A stretch of DNA of 64,000 bases from Octopus sinensis (Eukaryota): contig NC_043002.1 of the NCBI RefSeq assembly GCF_006345805.1, positions 85,436,001-85,500,000 on the forward strand, in the 5' to 3' direction. How positions within the stretch are numbered: the stretch's first letter is position 1; every line of letters begins with the position of its first letter. The notes beneath the pieces were generated by a model. It saw only the letters and a list, made by a program, of their open reading frames with translations. It made no database searches and was not told the DNA's origin. A program made the position numbers and the translations under genes. This document shows, piece after piece, positions 11,200 to 24,600 of the stretch.

Positions 11200-11774
11200 T
11201 ATATATGTATATGTGTGTGTGCATGTGAGTGTGTGTATTTTTGTATCGCTTTGTCTTGACATTATAGGATTTTGGTAAATGAATATGTGTCTAGCCATGG
11301 AAAAATATTAACTTACTTGAAAACAAATGAGGATTGGTGACAGGAAGAGTATCCATCTGTAGAAAATTTGCATCAATAAAATCTGTCTGACCTATACAAG
11401 CATGGAAAAGTAGATACTTAAACATTGATAACTATGTCTTGCTAATATATAGATTCCTATGCATGTGTGTATTTGTATTTAGATATGTGGGCATGCATAT
11501 AAATCAATTTAGTTTGTCAGAGGTTATTACGAGTTTCAGTCTAATATTGTGATCTTCAGACTACTGTTAATCTATCATATTAGTCTTGCAGCTGCCTTCC
11601 CTTCTAGTTCAGTTATTAAATCTTACTAAGACATTTTGAACTGAATCAATCAATTATTACCTAAATAGATAGTATCAGACTTTTCAAATATGATTTGGAG
11701 ACCTACACATTAATGACATAATGTATAAAATTTCTAGATTTTTCTTCCTAAAGTAAATACTAGTTCAAGGACAA

Positions 11775-11975
11775 TGGCTGTGTGGTTAGGGAGCTTGCTT
11801 CCTAGCTACATGGTTTAGGGTTCAGTCCCACTGCGTGGCACTTTGGGTAGGTGTCTTCCACTATAGCCCCGAGCTGACCGGAGCTTTGTGATTGAATTCG
11901 GTAGGTGGAAGTTACTGCCGTGTGTGTATGTGTGCATATAGCTGCTCAGTGCCTCTCCGAAAGAGAGAGAGGGAA
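11775..11975 (+). mobile_element. Variant SINE (A-like head, distinct tail GGAAGTTACTGCC...CCTCTCCGAAAGAGAG)
   Basis: About 90% similar by eye to the two copies at 52323 and 52568. Confidence 0.75.
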
Positions 11976-12330
11976 AAAACTACCTTGCTTGGCAACAGGT
12001 GGGGGTTGGCGTCAGGAAGGGCATCCGGCCGTAGAAAACTTGCCACACGCATAGCGCTACGTATATGTGCATACATTTCTGGCGTTAGGAAGGGCATCCA
12101 GCTGTAGAAACATTGCCAGATAAGACTGGAGCCTGGTGCAGCCTTCTGGCTTCCCAGATCCCCGGTCGAACTGTCCAACCCATGCTAGCATGGAGAACGG
12201 ACATTAAACGATGATGATATATGGGGCTGTATTTCAAATCAATGTAATTCTTGCATTGTTTGATTAAATGGAGCCACCTTAAATGGCTGTATTGCATTAA
12301 TACCTTGACATCCTGGTTACTTATTTGCTT

Positions 12331-12365
<35 letters not shown>

Positions 12366-13074
12366 CAGAATTATAATTAGGAAAAACAATTGCAGCGTGG
12401 AAGGTGTTTATAAGCCATTTAAGAAAAACACAAAAACCATTAGATTCACTTCATCATTTAAATTTAATTTGTCAAGATATTTTCGTCGCTTTGAGACCGT
12501 GACCTGTTCTCTGACAAAATTACCTACTGCAAAAAGTTTAAAGCAAAATCTCATAAAGGAGGAAATGTGTGAACTAGGGGTGCATGAGTTAAGGTGGCAT
12601 GAGCCATCCAACTCTGATGAGCAGCAGCTGTTGTAGTAGTGGTAGAAAAGGAAGAGAGAGAAGAGAGACTGCATGGGGTGAGGTTGCTAGTGAACATTGG
12701 GAAAAGAGGCAGAGACACTGATATGTTTAATAAAATTAAGTTGATTGTTGAACACCATAGCAAGAAGAATTGTACAGATGAATGCTCTATTATTTTTTCT
12801 TTTTGTTAATAAGGAAATAGGACAGAAAAATTTGCATAATGCTTGGGTAGTGGGGTGCAGCTGGTATTAATCAGTTTGTAAACCACTGATGCATTGAGAG
12901 ATTTCATGTTAATCAGTCATGTGGTCTTCTTTACTTTGGAGGCAATCTAAGATATCTGTATGCATAACAGCAGTACCATCCTCTATGCAGGAATAGTACT
13001 TCTTTGTGTGTTTCACTTGAGCATGTATAGAGTTGGTTATTGCTGAAAGAGGTAGTAGTAAATATATTAATACT

Positions 13075-13480
13075 ATCATCATCATCATCATTATCATTTA
13101 ACATCCGTTTTCCATGCTTGCATGGGTTGGATGGTTCGACCGTGGTCTGGGAAGCCAGGAGGCTGCACCAGGCTCCAGTCTGATCTGGCAGTGTTTCTAC
13201 TGCTGGATGCCCTTCCTAACGCCAACCACTCCGTTAGTGTAGCAGGTGCTTTTTTTACTTGCCACTGGCACTGGTGCCAGGGGAGGCTGCAACGGCCATG
13301 ATCGGTTGGTGCTTTTTATGTGCCACTGGCACAGAAGCCTGTCAAGGCGGTGCTGGCATCGGCCACGTACGGATGGTGCTTTTTACATGCCACCGGCAAT
13401 GTGCCAGGGTAGGCTGGCAACAGCCACGAATGGTTGGTGCCTTTTACGTGCCACCGGCACGGAAGCCAGACCAGGCGGCA
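13075..13480 (-). mobile_element. RTE LINE 3' UTR with (GAT)n tail and 4 internal repeat units
   Basis: CCAACCCATGCAAGCATGGAAA.CGGA.GTTAAA.GATGATG terminus. The family is linked to the RTE ORF end at ~44905-44965. Other copies: ~12075-12220(+), 18950-19120(-), 20200-20460(-), 40395-40700(-), 43990-44305(+), 51965-52205(+), 61830-62395(-). Confidence 0.8.
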
Positions 13481-13536
13481 ACAGAATATTTGATTTGAAG
13501 GGTACATTGTGTTAAACAGCACATAATCAACAAATA

Positions 13537-13774
13537 TACAGTATCCATAAATTACCATTACAATTTGAAAAAAAAATTCAGAAAAAATAAAATGGAAAAT
13601 AATGTTAACTAGCAGTGTTTACTGGCAAAACATAGGCAAATAAATAAAATTTTATTAGAAACATCAGAACGCTTCCACATGGGCTCCATTGGTTGCAAAG
13701 AAGCTGATTGAGTGATATCAACTTTAGTCAATACAATTGTGGAAGTTGTAAAGATAATTTATGAACACCCTGTA
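13537..13774. mobile_element. Tc1/mariner-type MITE
   Basis: Left TACAGTATCCATAAATTACCATTACAA vs reverse complement of right TACAGGGTGTTCATAAATTATCTTTACAA. Confidence 0.55.
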
Positions 13775-14470
13775 CTATTGTGTACTATTATCCTTAGAAT
13801 ATTTTCTGCACCAGATATAAAGATTCAGTTGCTTGGCTGAAAATAAATAATATGCTTTTCTTGCAGTAAAGAACATCTGAGTCACATGATCCTCTCATTC
13901 AGGAGTTTTACCTATTATATACATTGCTATAGGTTATGTGTAGAAGGTCAAAGGATGCCCTGTTGTATACATAACCTATTGTTGTAATGTGTTGGCAAAG
14001 CAGTTTTATCTCCAATAAATTTGGTTGGCACCCAAAACATTCTTCACAGCAACATTATGTATGGTTGTACACACATAATGGGTCACATGCCTTAAATTCC
14101 AAGTTTTAGAATGATGTGTGTCCTCAATAAGGCCAATGAACTGCTGATGGAAACACAAAATTATTTCATATTATTAGCTATCCTTGTACTATGGGCTAAC
14201 TCATGCAGACATGGATGAGAGAAACTACGTCACAGTAGTAATAACAATAACAACATTGACTGTAAGAGACCCTCTGCATGGTTGTTCAATCTGCTCAAAA
14301 TAGCAATCAGATTTCCTCGCCTTGCAAATAACATCACAGGGCCTTAATTGAAGACAGATAGATACACTACTTAGCGTAATGTAAAATGTAGCACTTGATA
14401 TGCATGCAGAAAGATGGGGTGTCCATTGCTGGAACCTATTTGATCATATATTCACTCAAATTGTGTTTAC

Positions 14471-14697
14471 CTGGGGTTGAACAACAACAGTAAGAGTATC
14501 AAATGTGAGTTCCCCAAAAGTGATGTTATCAGTAACAAATAATATCATTGTAAAAGTGAACTCCTCATCATTGTTATCATTATCATTGTTACCATCATTG
14601 CCATCATCGTCATCATCATCATCATCTACAACAACATGAGTAATAACAAGAATCCCACTTGTATTAGTGGTGCTTGTCTCTTCATTTACATTGATGG
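14471..14697 (-). CDS. Candidate internal coding exon, possibly half of a cadherin-like repeat with a poly-D/N insertion
   Basis: Open frame AINVNEETSTTNTSGILVITHVVVD...EEFTFTMILFVTDNITFGELTFDTLTVVVQPQ. Acceptor tgttttag (alternative attcacag, 8 nt upstream); donor CAG|gtaaac. The family assignment rests on motif spacing only. Confidence 0.4.
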
Positions 14698-15622
14698 CTA
14701 AAACACTGTGAATACATATAATTAAAGGGTTATGAAATAGATGTCTCCAGGGAAAATTTGTTTTACAAAGCAAAATGGTACCTTTGCTTTTCCAGAGATT
14801 TGTGAACAAAAGCTTTAGAAATTGTTAGTTTTTGTGTTGCTGGAAACTGCTAGCAAGTCCGAAAAATGCTCTTACTTCAATGAATACCAACCAATTCTCT
14901 GCATTTTATCACATTGCTGTCCATTTTTCTATTTGGTCCAGTAGCCATTTAGTAAATATTCATTCACAGATATTTGTGCATGGCTGTATTTACATATATT
15001 TGTATGCACGTGTGTGTATATACATAATCTTCTTCCTTGCTCTCTTTCTTTACATCTTCACCAAATTTCTCCTGTTTTTGCACTTTTTATTTATTCATTT
15101 TTTTTTTATTCTATCCAGATTCTTTCTCTTGCTTTTATCATGCCTATTACATACATAAATACGTATGTGTGTGTGTGTTTAGCAGCTTTGGTTAAATTAT
15201 CCAATCCTTGCCAGCATAGACAACATACAATAAATGACGATGATGATGATGATATAAGAGTTACAGAATGGAGTAGATAAGATCCAGGCTACATATGTTT
15301 CATAGCGAGTGGAACCTCAGAAGTGGTAAATATCTGAGTATTCTTTAGGCGAAGCATATCTTGATTAAATGAAAGCTTACATTGTCATAAGGAGATACAT
15401 GTTAACACCTCTCTTGAGAGGTCATGGGCCAGCAGGTTTTTGGGGTCTGATGATATGCCATAAAGCTTTTTACGTGCCACCGGCACGAGGGCCAGGCGAG
15501 GCTGGCAACGGCCACGATCAGATGGTGCTTTTTACGTGCCACCGGCATGGAGGCCAGTCGGGGTGGCGCTGGCAACGGCTGCGAACCATCCGATCGTGGC
15601 TGTTGCCAGCGCCACCCTGACA

Positions 15623-15656
<34 letters not shown>

Positions 15657-16051
15657 TATCAGGACAATTACCCCCGCCCCCTCCCCATAGGACAATTTCT
15701 ATATACATGTATATATACACATATATATATATCTATGTATCTGTTTTACTCCTTTCTTCTCAGTTTATATCATTTTATGTCATAACTTATTTTCTGCCTG
15801 TGACTCTGTCTCAAGCTGTTTTATTCCTCAGAAATTCACTTAACCTTTACATCTCTGTCTACTCTTTCTTTCAAGTTGTAGCTCTTTAAATTGACACATT
15901 GTTTTTCTGTTGTTCTTCAATTCTTGTTATTTGATTTCATGTCTGTGCAGATTATTTTTAAAACACACACATATAATAACATCACATACACGTATTAATT
16001 TTATTCAAATTTGAATGATGCTCATTCATCTCATCCTTATATATACATATG

Positions 16052-16082
<31 letters not shown>

Positions 16083-16089
16083 ATATATA

Positions 16090-16497
16090 CTCTTTTACTT
16101 GTTTCAGTCATTTGACTGTGGCCATGCTGGAGCACCGCCTTTAGTTGAGCAAATCGACCCCATGACTTATTCTTTGTAAGCCTAGTACTTATTCTATCGG
16201 ACTCTTTTGCCGAACTGCTAAGATACGGGGATGTAAACACACCAGCATCAGTTGTCAAGCGATGTTGGGGGGACAGACACACAAGCATATACACACACGC
16301 ACACACATACACACACACACATATATATATATATGACAGGCTTCTTTCAGTTTCCATCTACCAAATCCACTCACAAGGCTTTGGTTGGCCCGAGGCTATT
16401 GTAGAAGACACTTGCCTAAGGTACTACACAGTGGGACTGAGCCCGGAACCATGTGGTTGGTAAGCAAGCTACTTACCACACAGTCACTTCTATGCCT
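16090..16497 (-). mobile_element. Full-length SINE family A
   Basis: tRNA-like head, internal microsatellite, tail GACTGAAACAAGTAAAAGAG. Other full copies: 30447-30862(+), 33495-33885(-), 38526-38925(+), 42938-43355(+), 48481-48886(-). Confidence 0.85.
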
Positions 16498-16514
16498 ATA
16501 CATATATATATCGT

Positions 16515-16700
16515 ATCAGGACAATTACCCCCCCCATAGGACAATTTCCCCTGACAACAACTACCCCCTAGGACAATCACCCCTCTTGGTTAATTACCCT
16601 CTCTCCAATATCTTAAGAAATTTTAAATAGTCATCTGTTGTCCTCAGGGGTAACTGTCTTTGGTGGAGTTATTGTCCATAGGAGGGTGAATGTCCTAGAC
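16515..16700. mobile_element. MITE-like element with repeated subterminal GGACAAT...CCCC motifs
   Basis: Three GGACAA(T)..CCCC motifs on the left and inverted equivalents (GGGTAACTGTC, TTATTGTCC, GAATGTCCTAG) on the right. A partial left-end copy lies at ~15655-15700. Confidence 0.55.
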
Positions 16701-17041
16701 TCATATATATATATGTGTATTGGGAATCAATAAATGTGTGGGTGTTTGTATGTATTTGTGTTTTAGATGCATCTATGATTCTATTGTATGTACGGACATC
16801 TTTAAATGCCTGTGTTTATAAATGAATGATTTAAATGCCCCATACTTCCTCTCTCCCCACTCTCCCTCTTTTCCTTTCTCCCCTTCTTTCCCTGTCTCCA
16901 CCCACTCTCCCTCTCTCTCTCTCTCTTTTTGAGTTGCCTGTGTGTATTATTTGAAATCATCTTCCATTACCAGATTTAGCCTGAATATTCTTTTCATCAA
17001 GGGATTGGTTCATGATATTTCTTCATTGGATTTTCTTTTTG

Positions 17042-17092
<51 letters not shown>

Positions 17093-17994
17093 CATACATA
17101 TATATGCATATATATGTTTCTTTCTTTCTTTCACTCACTATCACTTTCTTTCATTCATTCATTCATTCATCCATTTACTTACTTGCACTCAAACTCACAT
17201 ACCAAAAGAAGAAAAGCAAGTTTTCGTATGTCCTCTAATAACATTCAGTTCTGTTCTAGTGTATTTATATCATCATTTTAAAATGTGGTCATCCAGAATA
17301 TATTTGATACAAATGTTATCCAGATTAGAATATATTTTATATGCAGATTTAAGATGCAAGTCATGAGTGTGTGGTTAAGAATTTCACCTTTCGACCACAT
17401 AATTTTGGAATTGGTCCTTTGGGCAAGTCAACTAATGCTGTTCTAGTGAAATTTGGAAGCACATCATGTACATGTGTGTGTTCAAGAATATGTGTAAATG
17501 TTGATATTTGACATTGGTATCACTTGAGCCATCTCACGGTGACATTATGACCAGTTGCTCTCTTTTCAAAAACCTCTGGAATCAATAATGCCATATTTGA
17601 AAACAGGGAAGCATTACATCCAATTGTAAAATCCTGCTTCAAAATAACCATCCATATCAGCTATACAAGCGTGGGAAAACAGATTTTAAAGAAATGCCCA
17701 ATTGCTGAGTGTCATAGAATGATTTGCAGTATTTCTTTCAGCTGCCTGTGTTCTGAGTTCAAATACCACTCTGGTTAAGTTTAATTTCCATCCTTTCAGT
17801 TTTGATACATAAAATATCAATCCAGTACTGTGGGGACAATTCTTCTTTCCTTCTGTCTTTCCTTTCACCTATTCAAGCATGGAAAAGTGGATGTAAAAAA
17901 CAATGATGAAGAGGATATATAGAGAATTTAATCAAATATCTTCTATAGTCTCAGACTTACCAATATGTTGTGAGCAGTTTTTGGCAGATGGAAA

Positions 17995-18745
17995 CTGTTG
18001 TCACTGGAGGTAATACGTTCCTGAATTTTTTCCACTTCTTTCTCACTCTAGCTGTTATACTTTTAGAACATCATCTTTCACTGCTAATTAGGCCACCTGG
18101 ATAACAGAATCTATCAACCACTTCTAGGAAGCCTTTGGGGCATTTGAAAAAATGTATTCTTGCTGTTAACTAACTACTCCTGTGAATCTACTTCATATGA
18201 ATTCTTCCTTCTCTTGTGCACACATAAATTACATAGGGGATACCAAATAAAATTCCTATCCACATCTTTTCAGCATATCAAGTTTGGCCACTTTTCCAGT
18301 TGGTAGTAGAGTCCTGTCTTCTTTCCTGCTAAACTATTTTTGGTGTTAGGTTTGCATTGAGGTCTCTCTCTAAGCTTTGTTGCTGCATTTTAAATTTCTT
18401 CTCTTACTCTTTGACAAATTCAGTTCTGAGAAATATGGTCATTAACATACAGAAGTTACCTTGGATAGCCTCTTAAACTCTTCTGTTCTGGCTTGCGTAG
18501 CTCTAACAAACAAGAGGTGTCTGAGAATTGGGCCTTGCTAGATGGTTATCTGCATGATAAATTCTTTGCTAAACTCGTTGCCAATGCTAACTTTGCTGAC
18601 AGAATCTCTTAACATGGCTTGCATGGCTTTTGCTGGTCATTGATCTATACTTGTTTCCCTACCTTTTATGACTCACATATTGACTCATGTCCCCTCCAGG
18701 ATTTCTACAATCTTTTCAGATATATCTTTCATCATGTCAGTATTA
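17995..18745 (-). pseudogene. Degenerate RTE LINE reverse transcriptase fragment
   Basis: Minus strand, with stops and frameshifts: AMQAMLRDSVSKVSIGNEFSKEF..QG..L..LLF, PTGKVA/KWP, LEVVDRFCY.G.LIS, TARVRKKWKKFR. These match RTE RT domains 4-7 and the thumb region. Confidence 0.75.
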
Positions 18746-19156
18746 TTAGTGGGGGGACTGAAGTTTTGCACTCAACAGGGAAAGGAGAGAGTTTCTGATG
18801 ATGTTTGCTTTGTTTAGTATCGGTTTCTTTAAATTTACATACATATGTATATAAATGTGTGAGTGTATGTATGTATGTATGTATGTATGTATGTATGTAT
18901 GTATGTACGTACGTATATATATATTGTAAGCCTAGTACGCACGCACAAGCATATCATCATCATTATTATTTAACATCTATTGTCCATACTGGAACGGGTT
19001 AGACAGTGTGACCAGAGCTGGGAAGCTGCATCAGACTCCAGTCTGATTTGGCACAGTTTCTATGGCTGGATGCTCTTCCTAACACCAACCACTTTACAGA
19101 ATGTACTGGGTGCTTTATGAGGGAGTGCATGGACGTTTTTTACATATGTACATATA

Positions 19157-19213
<57 letters not shown>

Positions 19214-19679
19214 GTATGTATGAATAGGAAAAAAGTGGCACAGCAAGGAACCCATTTTTGATGGAAAGAGCAGTTGATAACCGTTTGACGCTGGGTAAAG
19301 CTTCACTGAATGTATTTCGCTGAAAAATAATATTATTGTATTGTAATAATATTTATACATATATATATATATATATATATATTGAGAGAGAGAGAGAGAG
19401 GTTATGAGAGGTAATGGTGTCAATAAGACCCAAAGGTGTCAGGTAATGCTGAGTAAGTGCTATGGACAGACTATATAGTTAAGCTCCAGGTTTGGTAATT
19501 ATGCAAATGAGTCCAATGTAGGTCATATATTAGCATGTATGTAGACTTTCTATTTATAAATGTTCTAAAATCTTTCACTGCCTTGGATTTTTATCTCATT
19601 CTGAAAAATTTTATGTGTGTGTGTATGCATGTATGTATGTATGTAAGCATGAATGTATACACACACACATCATATATAC

Positions 19680-19717
<38 letters not shown>

Positions 19718-20957
19718 GTAGTATATAGATGTGTGTATGCATGTATTGATCTGCAAGGGTACTTATTTACTAAACTATATCCAGGTACTTTCACAGGACC
19801 CAGGAACATGTGTATACATGTATATCAATGTCACTATTTACATTAAGTTCCTTTCCTTGCTATTTACATAGAGAGGTGTTTACATTAAACTAATTGGGTA
19901 TTTAGATATATTGCATCTGGGCTGATGGCATTGTTCCATCCAGGGATAAATTGAAACAATGCTCAGAATTTTCTTTCATTTCTCATATATTGAGTTACTT
20001 AAAGCCCTGAATTTCAAATCAAATTATTCCTTGTTCTTTCTTTCTACTCCCAAGAATTAAACTACATCCATCCCACCACCACCACAACCACCACTACACA
20101 CGTACATTAAGCAAATGACTGGTTCTCTATATAGACACTTGATCCATTAGTAATAGTTGCTAAATCTCCTTCAAATTATACCCAACCATCTTAAAAGATT
20201 CATCATCGTTTAACGTCCGTTTTCCATACTAGCATGGGTTGGACAGTTCAACCGGGGTCTGGGAAGCCAGGAGGCTACACCAGGCTCCAGTCTGATCTGG
20301 CAGTGTTTCTACAGCTGGATGCCCTTCCTAACACCAACCACTTTGTGAGTGTAGTGGGTACTTTTTACGTGCCACCGGCACGGAAGCCAGTCGAGGCAGC
20401 GATGGCATCAGCCGTGTTTGGATGGTGCTTTTTAGGTGCCACTGGCACAGGTATCACAGTATATGTATATATATATATATGTATATATATATATGTATAT
20501 ATATTTATGTATGTGTGTCTTTGTGTCTGTTTTTGTCCCCCCATCTTCGCTTGACAACCGAAGTTGGTGCGCTTATGTCCCCGAAACTGAGCAGTTCAGC
20601 AAAAGGGACTGATAGAATAAGTACTAGGCTTACAAAGAATAAGTCCTGGGGTTAATTTGTGGGACAAATTATTAGAAATAATTATTAGAAATAATTATTC
20701 CACCAGATTACATTATCTAATGGAATAATTATTTCTAATATGATCACAAGAAAGGGTTTTAGTTGATGCCATTGACTCTAGTATATAACTGGTACTTTGT
20801 TTTATCAACTCTAAAGGGATGAAGGGCAACGTTGATTGCACTTGGATTTGAGTTTGGAGTATAAGGAACTATAAGAAATACAGCATTTCTAATGCATCTG
20901 CCTGCTCACCTTCTCTGTAACCCTATACATTAATATGATGATGATAATGATGATGAC

Positions 20958-21290
20958 TTATTGAGAATGAGGATTGCAAAATCCTGTGGGATGTAATGAT
21001 TCAGTGTGACCATCAGATTGAATATCTGAAAATTTGATGTTGTGGTGAACAGAAAAGGAAAAAAAAAAGGATGCCTGATAATTGACAAAGTATGTCCTGG
21101 TTGACAACAGGATTGAAAATAAAGAAGAAGAAAAAGTGAACAACTATGATGAATTGAAGTGAGAAATATTCAGGTTGTGGGCAATGGAGAAAGCAGAGGT
21201 GATGCTAATAGTGATCGGTGTGTTTGGAAGTATCAGTACCCAACGGCTGACATAGCTCAAAAAAATTGGAACAGATGTAAAGATAGAACA
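20958..21290 (+). pseudogene. R4/Dong-clade restriction-like endonuclease (RLE) fragment
   Basis: IENEDCKILWDVMIQCDHQIE...CLIIDKVCP..NRIENKEEEKVNNYDELK.EIFRLWAMEKAEVMLIVIGVFGSIS, with frameshifts. Confidence 0.8.
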
Positions 21291-21583
21291 CCCAGCTTGC
21301 TAACTATTTTGCCAGCTCAATACCTTAATGACGACGATGACGATGATGATGATGATGATTCTTTCTACAATAGGCACAAGGCCTGAAATTTGTGTGGAGA
21401 AGATAAGTCGATCACATCAACCCCAGTACTTGAGTGGTACTTAATTTATTGACCCTGAAAGGATGAAAGGCAAAGTCTACCCCAGCGGAATTTGAACTCA
21501 GAATGTAAAGATGGGTGAAATACTGCTAAGCACTTTGCCTGGCATGCTAACGGTTCTGCCAATTTACTGCCTTAATAATAACT

Positions 21584-21619
<36 letters not shown>

Positions 21620-21636
21620 CAATAATAATAATAATA

Positions 21637-24600
21637 TCCTATGAAAATGATTACCGTCAAAATAAAGAGCTGGAAGTTATTCCTTATGTCCCACAAATAC
21701 AATCAAAAAAGCATAAATGGACACGTGAGGAATATATTTCGAACCTACACACTTATTTTACAGCAGTGCTCTACCCAAAGAATGAAAACACAACAACATA
21801 TACATATAAAATCTGGAAGAAAAATAACCTAAATAAAGACTTGGATACAGCAATGAACTCTAATATCTAGCTAACATATGAAGATATATTCTCAAAACAA
21901 AAATTATCAGAAATAGAAATAAAACACTTAAAAGGAAAAATACATCAAGAAAATGTAGATAGTAACTACACAGCAATGCCAAATAATATCATAAGCACTG
22001 GAACTGTAAAACATGAAGACAGACGTAACATTTCCAACAAAAGCGAAGTAAACAATGAAAGACAACAAACCCAGACCATAGGAATGTATAATAATGTGCA
22101 AAAAGCACCAAACCAGAATACCACAGACAAAAATATGAATGGGAGGGAATACAAAACAAATCTAAAACCTGGAAACAGAGAAGGTTAACCTAATGTTTAT
22201 GATACTCTAAAAATGAGCATAATCAAAGAACTGAAAGCCACTGATCTCAGTACAGACCACCGATTGTAACTCCCAAAAATTAAAATTGATATTAAAACAA
22301 CATCAATTATAAATAGCATGTACCCATCACAGAACTAATAGCCACAGAAACAAATTTCAATATCACCAAGCTAAATGACATAATATATGCAGCAGCCACT
22401 GTGGCCACAAAAAAAGCTGGGTACTCCCTCAAACCCATCCGAACAGGAGTACCACTACCCAAACAAACCCTGTGGATAAATAATATCCAGAAGAAAAAAA
22501 AAAAAAGAGAAAAGATTTGTCAATCCTTAATGAAACTAGTAGACAATCAACACTGCTAAGCAACAAGAAGAGAACAAAAATACTGTGCAAATACAACACC
22601 ACAGAAAAGGGTTTACCTGGGATAAAAGAACAGCTTAAGCAAGATATCCTTGCCAAAGCACAAAGGATCCGCCAGTATGAAAAACGCCAACATTTCTTTG
22701 AACAAAACAAACAGTTCAACTCCAACCCCAAAAGAGTCTACCAAGAACTTGGCAAAAGTAAAATCTGACATCAATGCAGCACCAACAGCAGAAGAAGTGG
22801 AAGAATTTTGGAAAGAAATATGCTTAACGAAGGAACAACCTCAGAAAAAGTCTACCAAAACAACAAACTCAGCACCTGAACAACTCTGGACCCCTATAAT
22901 AACTGAAGAGGCCACCCAGGCACTGCAGAAATTAAGCAACTGGAAGGCACCCGGGCACGATAAGATCCCTAACTTCTGGTTAAAAGATCTGATGGGAACA
23001 GACAAAAAGCTGGCTGAGAAATTTAATGACATACTAGCAGAGCCACAGACAATGCCTGAATGGTTCACGAATGGGAAAACTATCCTAATTCCTAAATCCA
23101 CTGAAATGGTAAACCCACAAAATTACAGACAAAAGAGGGACTCGTAAAAACCAAAGTCATCCCCATTAGAAGAGGAATATTCCAGGGAGAGATGCTCTCT
23201 CAACTCCTTTTCTGCTTGGCACTGACACCTTTATCTAACATGCTAAACAGAACTGGATGTGGATACAACTGTTGCAGCAAAGCAATCAGCCACACTCTTA
23301 TATATGGGTGACCTAAAACAGTACACTACAAATGATAAACAGCTGGAAACATTACTACATATAGTACATGGATTTACCAAAGAAATAAATATGAAATTTG
23401 GCATCGAAAAATGTACCAAAGCACCCTTTGAAAGAGGAAAACTAGTTAAAGAGTAGCAACATTATACTAGATAAAGCAACTGAAATAAAAGAATTAGACC
23501 AAAGTCAAACATACACATGCAAATATTTAGGAATCAATGAACTAGATATGATAAAACACACACAAATGAAAAAGAAAATAAAAAAAGAATACTATAGATG
23601 AATTAGATTAATACTGAAAACAGAGCTCAATGCCAAAATCAAGATAATAGGTATCAACACTTTAGCCATCCCAGTTATAAGTTACAAGTACAACTGTACA
23701 CTAAATGAACTAATCAAAATAGATAGGAAAACAAGAAAAATAATGACAAGATTTAAGATGCACCACCCAAAATTTGACATAGAAAGGTTATATATACAAT
23801 GTATAGAAAATGGTAGAAGCCTTATACAGCTAGAAAACTATTACAAAATAACCATCATAGGACTACAAAAATGCCTACTTCAGAAGCAAGAAAAACTAAT
23901 ACAAATAGCCACAAAACACGAACAAAACAAAAAACTGTTTTCAGTCTTTAAGAAAGCTGACAAATACAAACAAGAAGTCATCCTACCTAACAACTATGAA
24001 GAAAAAGAAGAAACAACAAAAGCTGTAAAACAAATGAAATCCAAGCTAAAACTAGAACAGCAATGGATCATGATAAAACCATGGCAAGAAAACCCCTTCA
24101 TGGCAAATACTGGGCTAAACTAAATGCAAAAGAAATAGACAAAGCAAAATCTCAGCAATGGCTGAGAAGCTCAGGACTCAAAGCAGAGACTGAAGGATTT
24201 TTAATTGCAGCACAAGACCAAAGCCTCCCTACCAGAAATTACCAAAAGCATAATGAAAAGAAACATAACATGTAACTTCAGAATATGTGGAGATGGACAA
24301 GAAACAATAAATCATATTGTCTCTGGCTGATCAGTCCTGGCTAAGAAGGAATATATTCACAGACATGACAGAGTTGGGATCTACATACACTGGAAGCTAT
24401 GCCAACACTATGGAATAACAACAGAAAAAAGATGGTATAGGCACATGCCAGAAAAGAACACAGAAAATAAGAAAGCAACAATACTATGAGATATGCTAAT
24501 ACACACGGATGGAGAAATTAAGGCTAATAGGCCAGATATAGTTGTCAGAGATCAAGAAGAAAAAATGCTTTCTAATTGATGTGTCAATACCAACAGATGA

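Noticed and set aside
15287-15301. Minus-strand GAAAC-ATAT-GTA-GCC resembling hammerhead helix III
   Set aside because: No upstream CUGANGA with a compatible stem I or II could be found.
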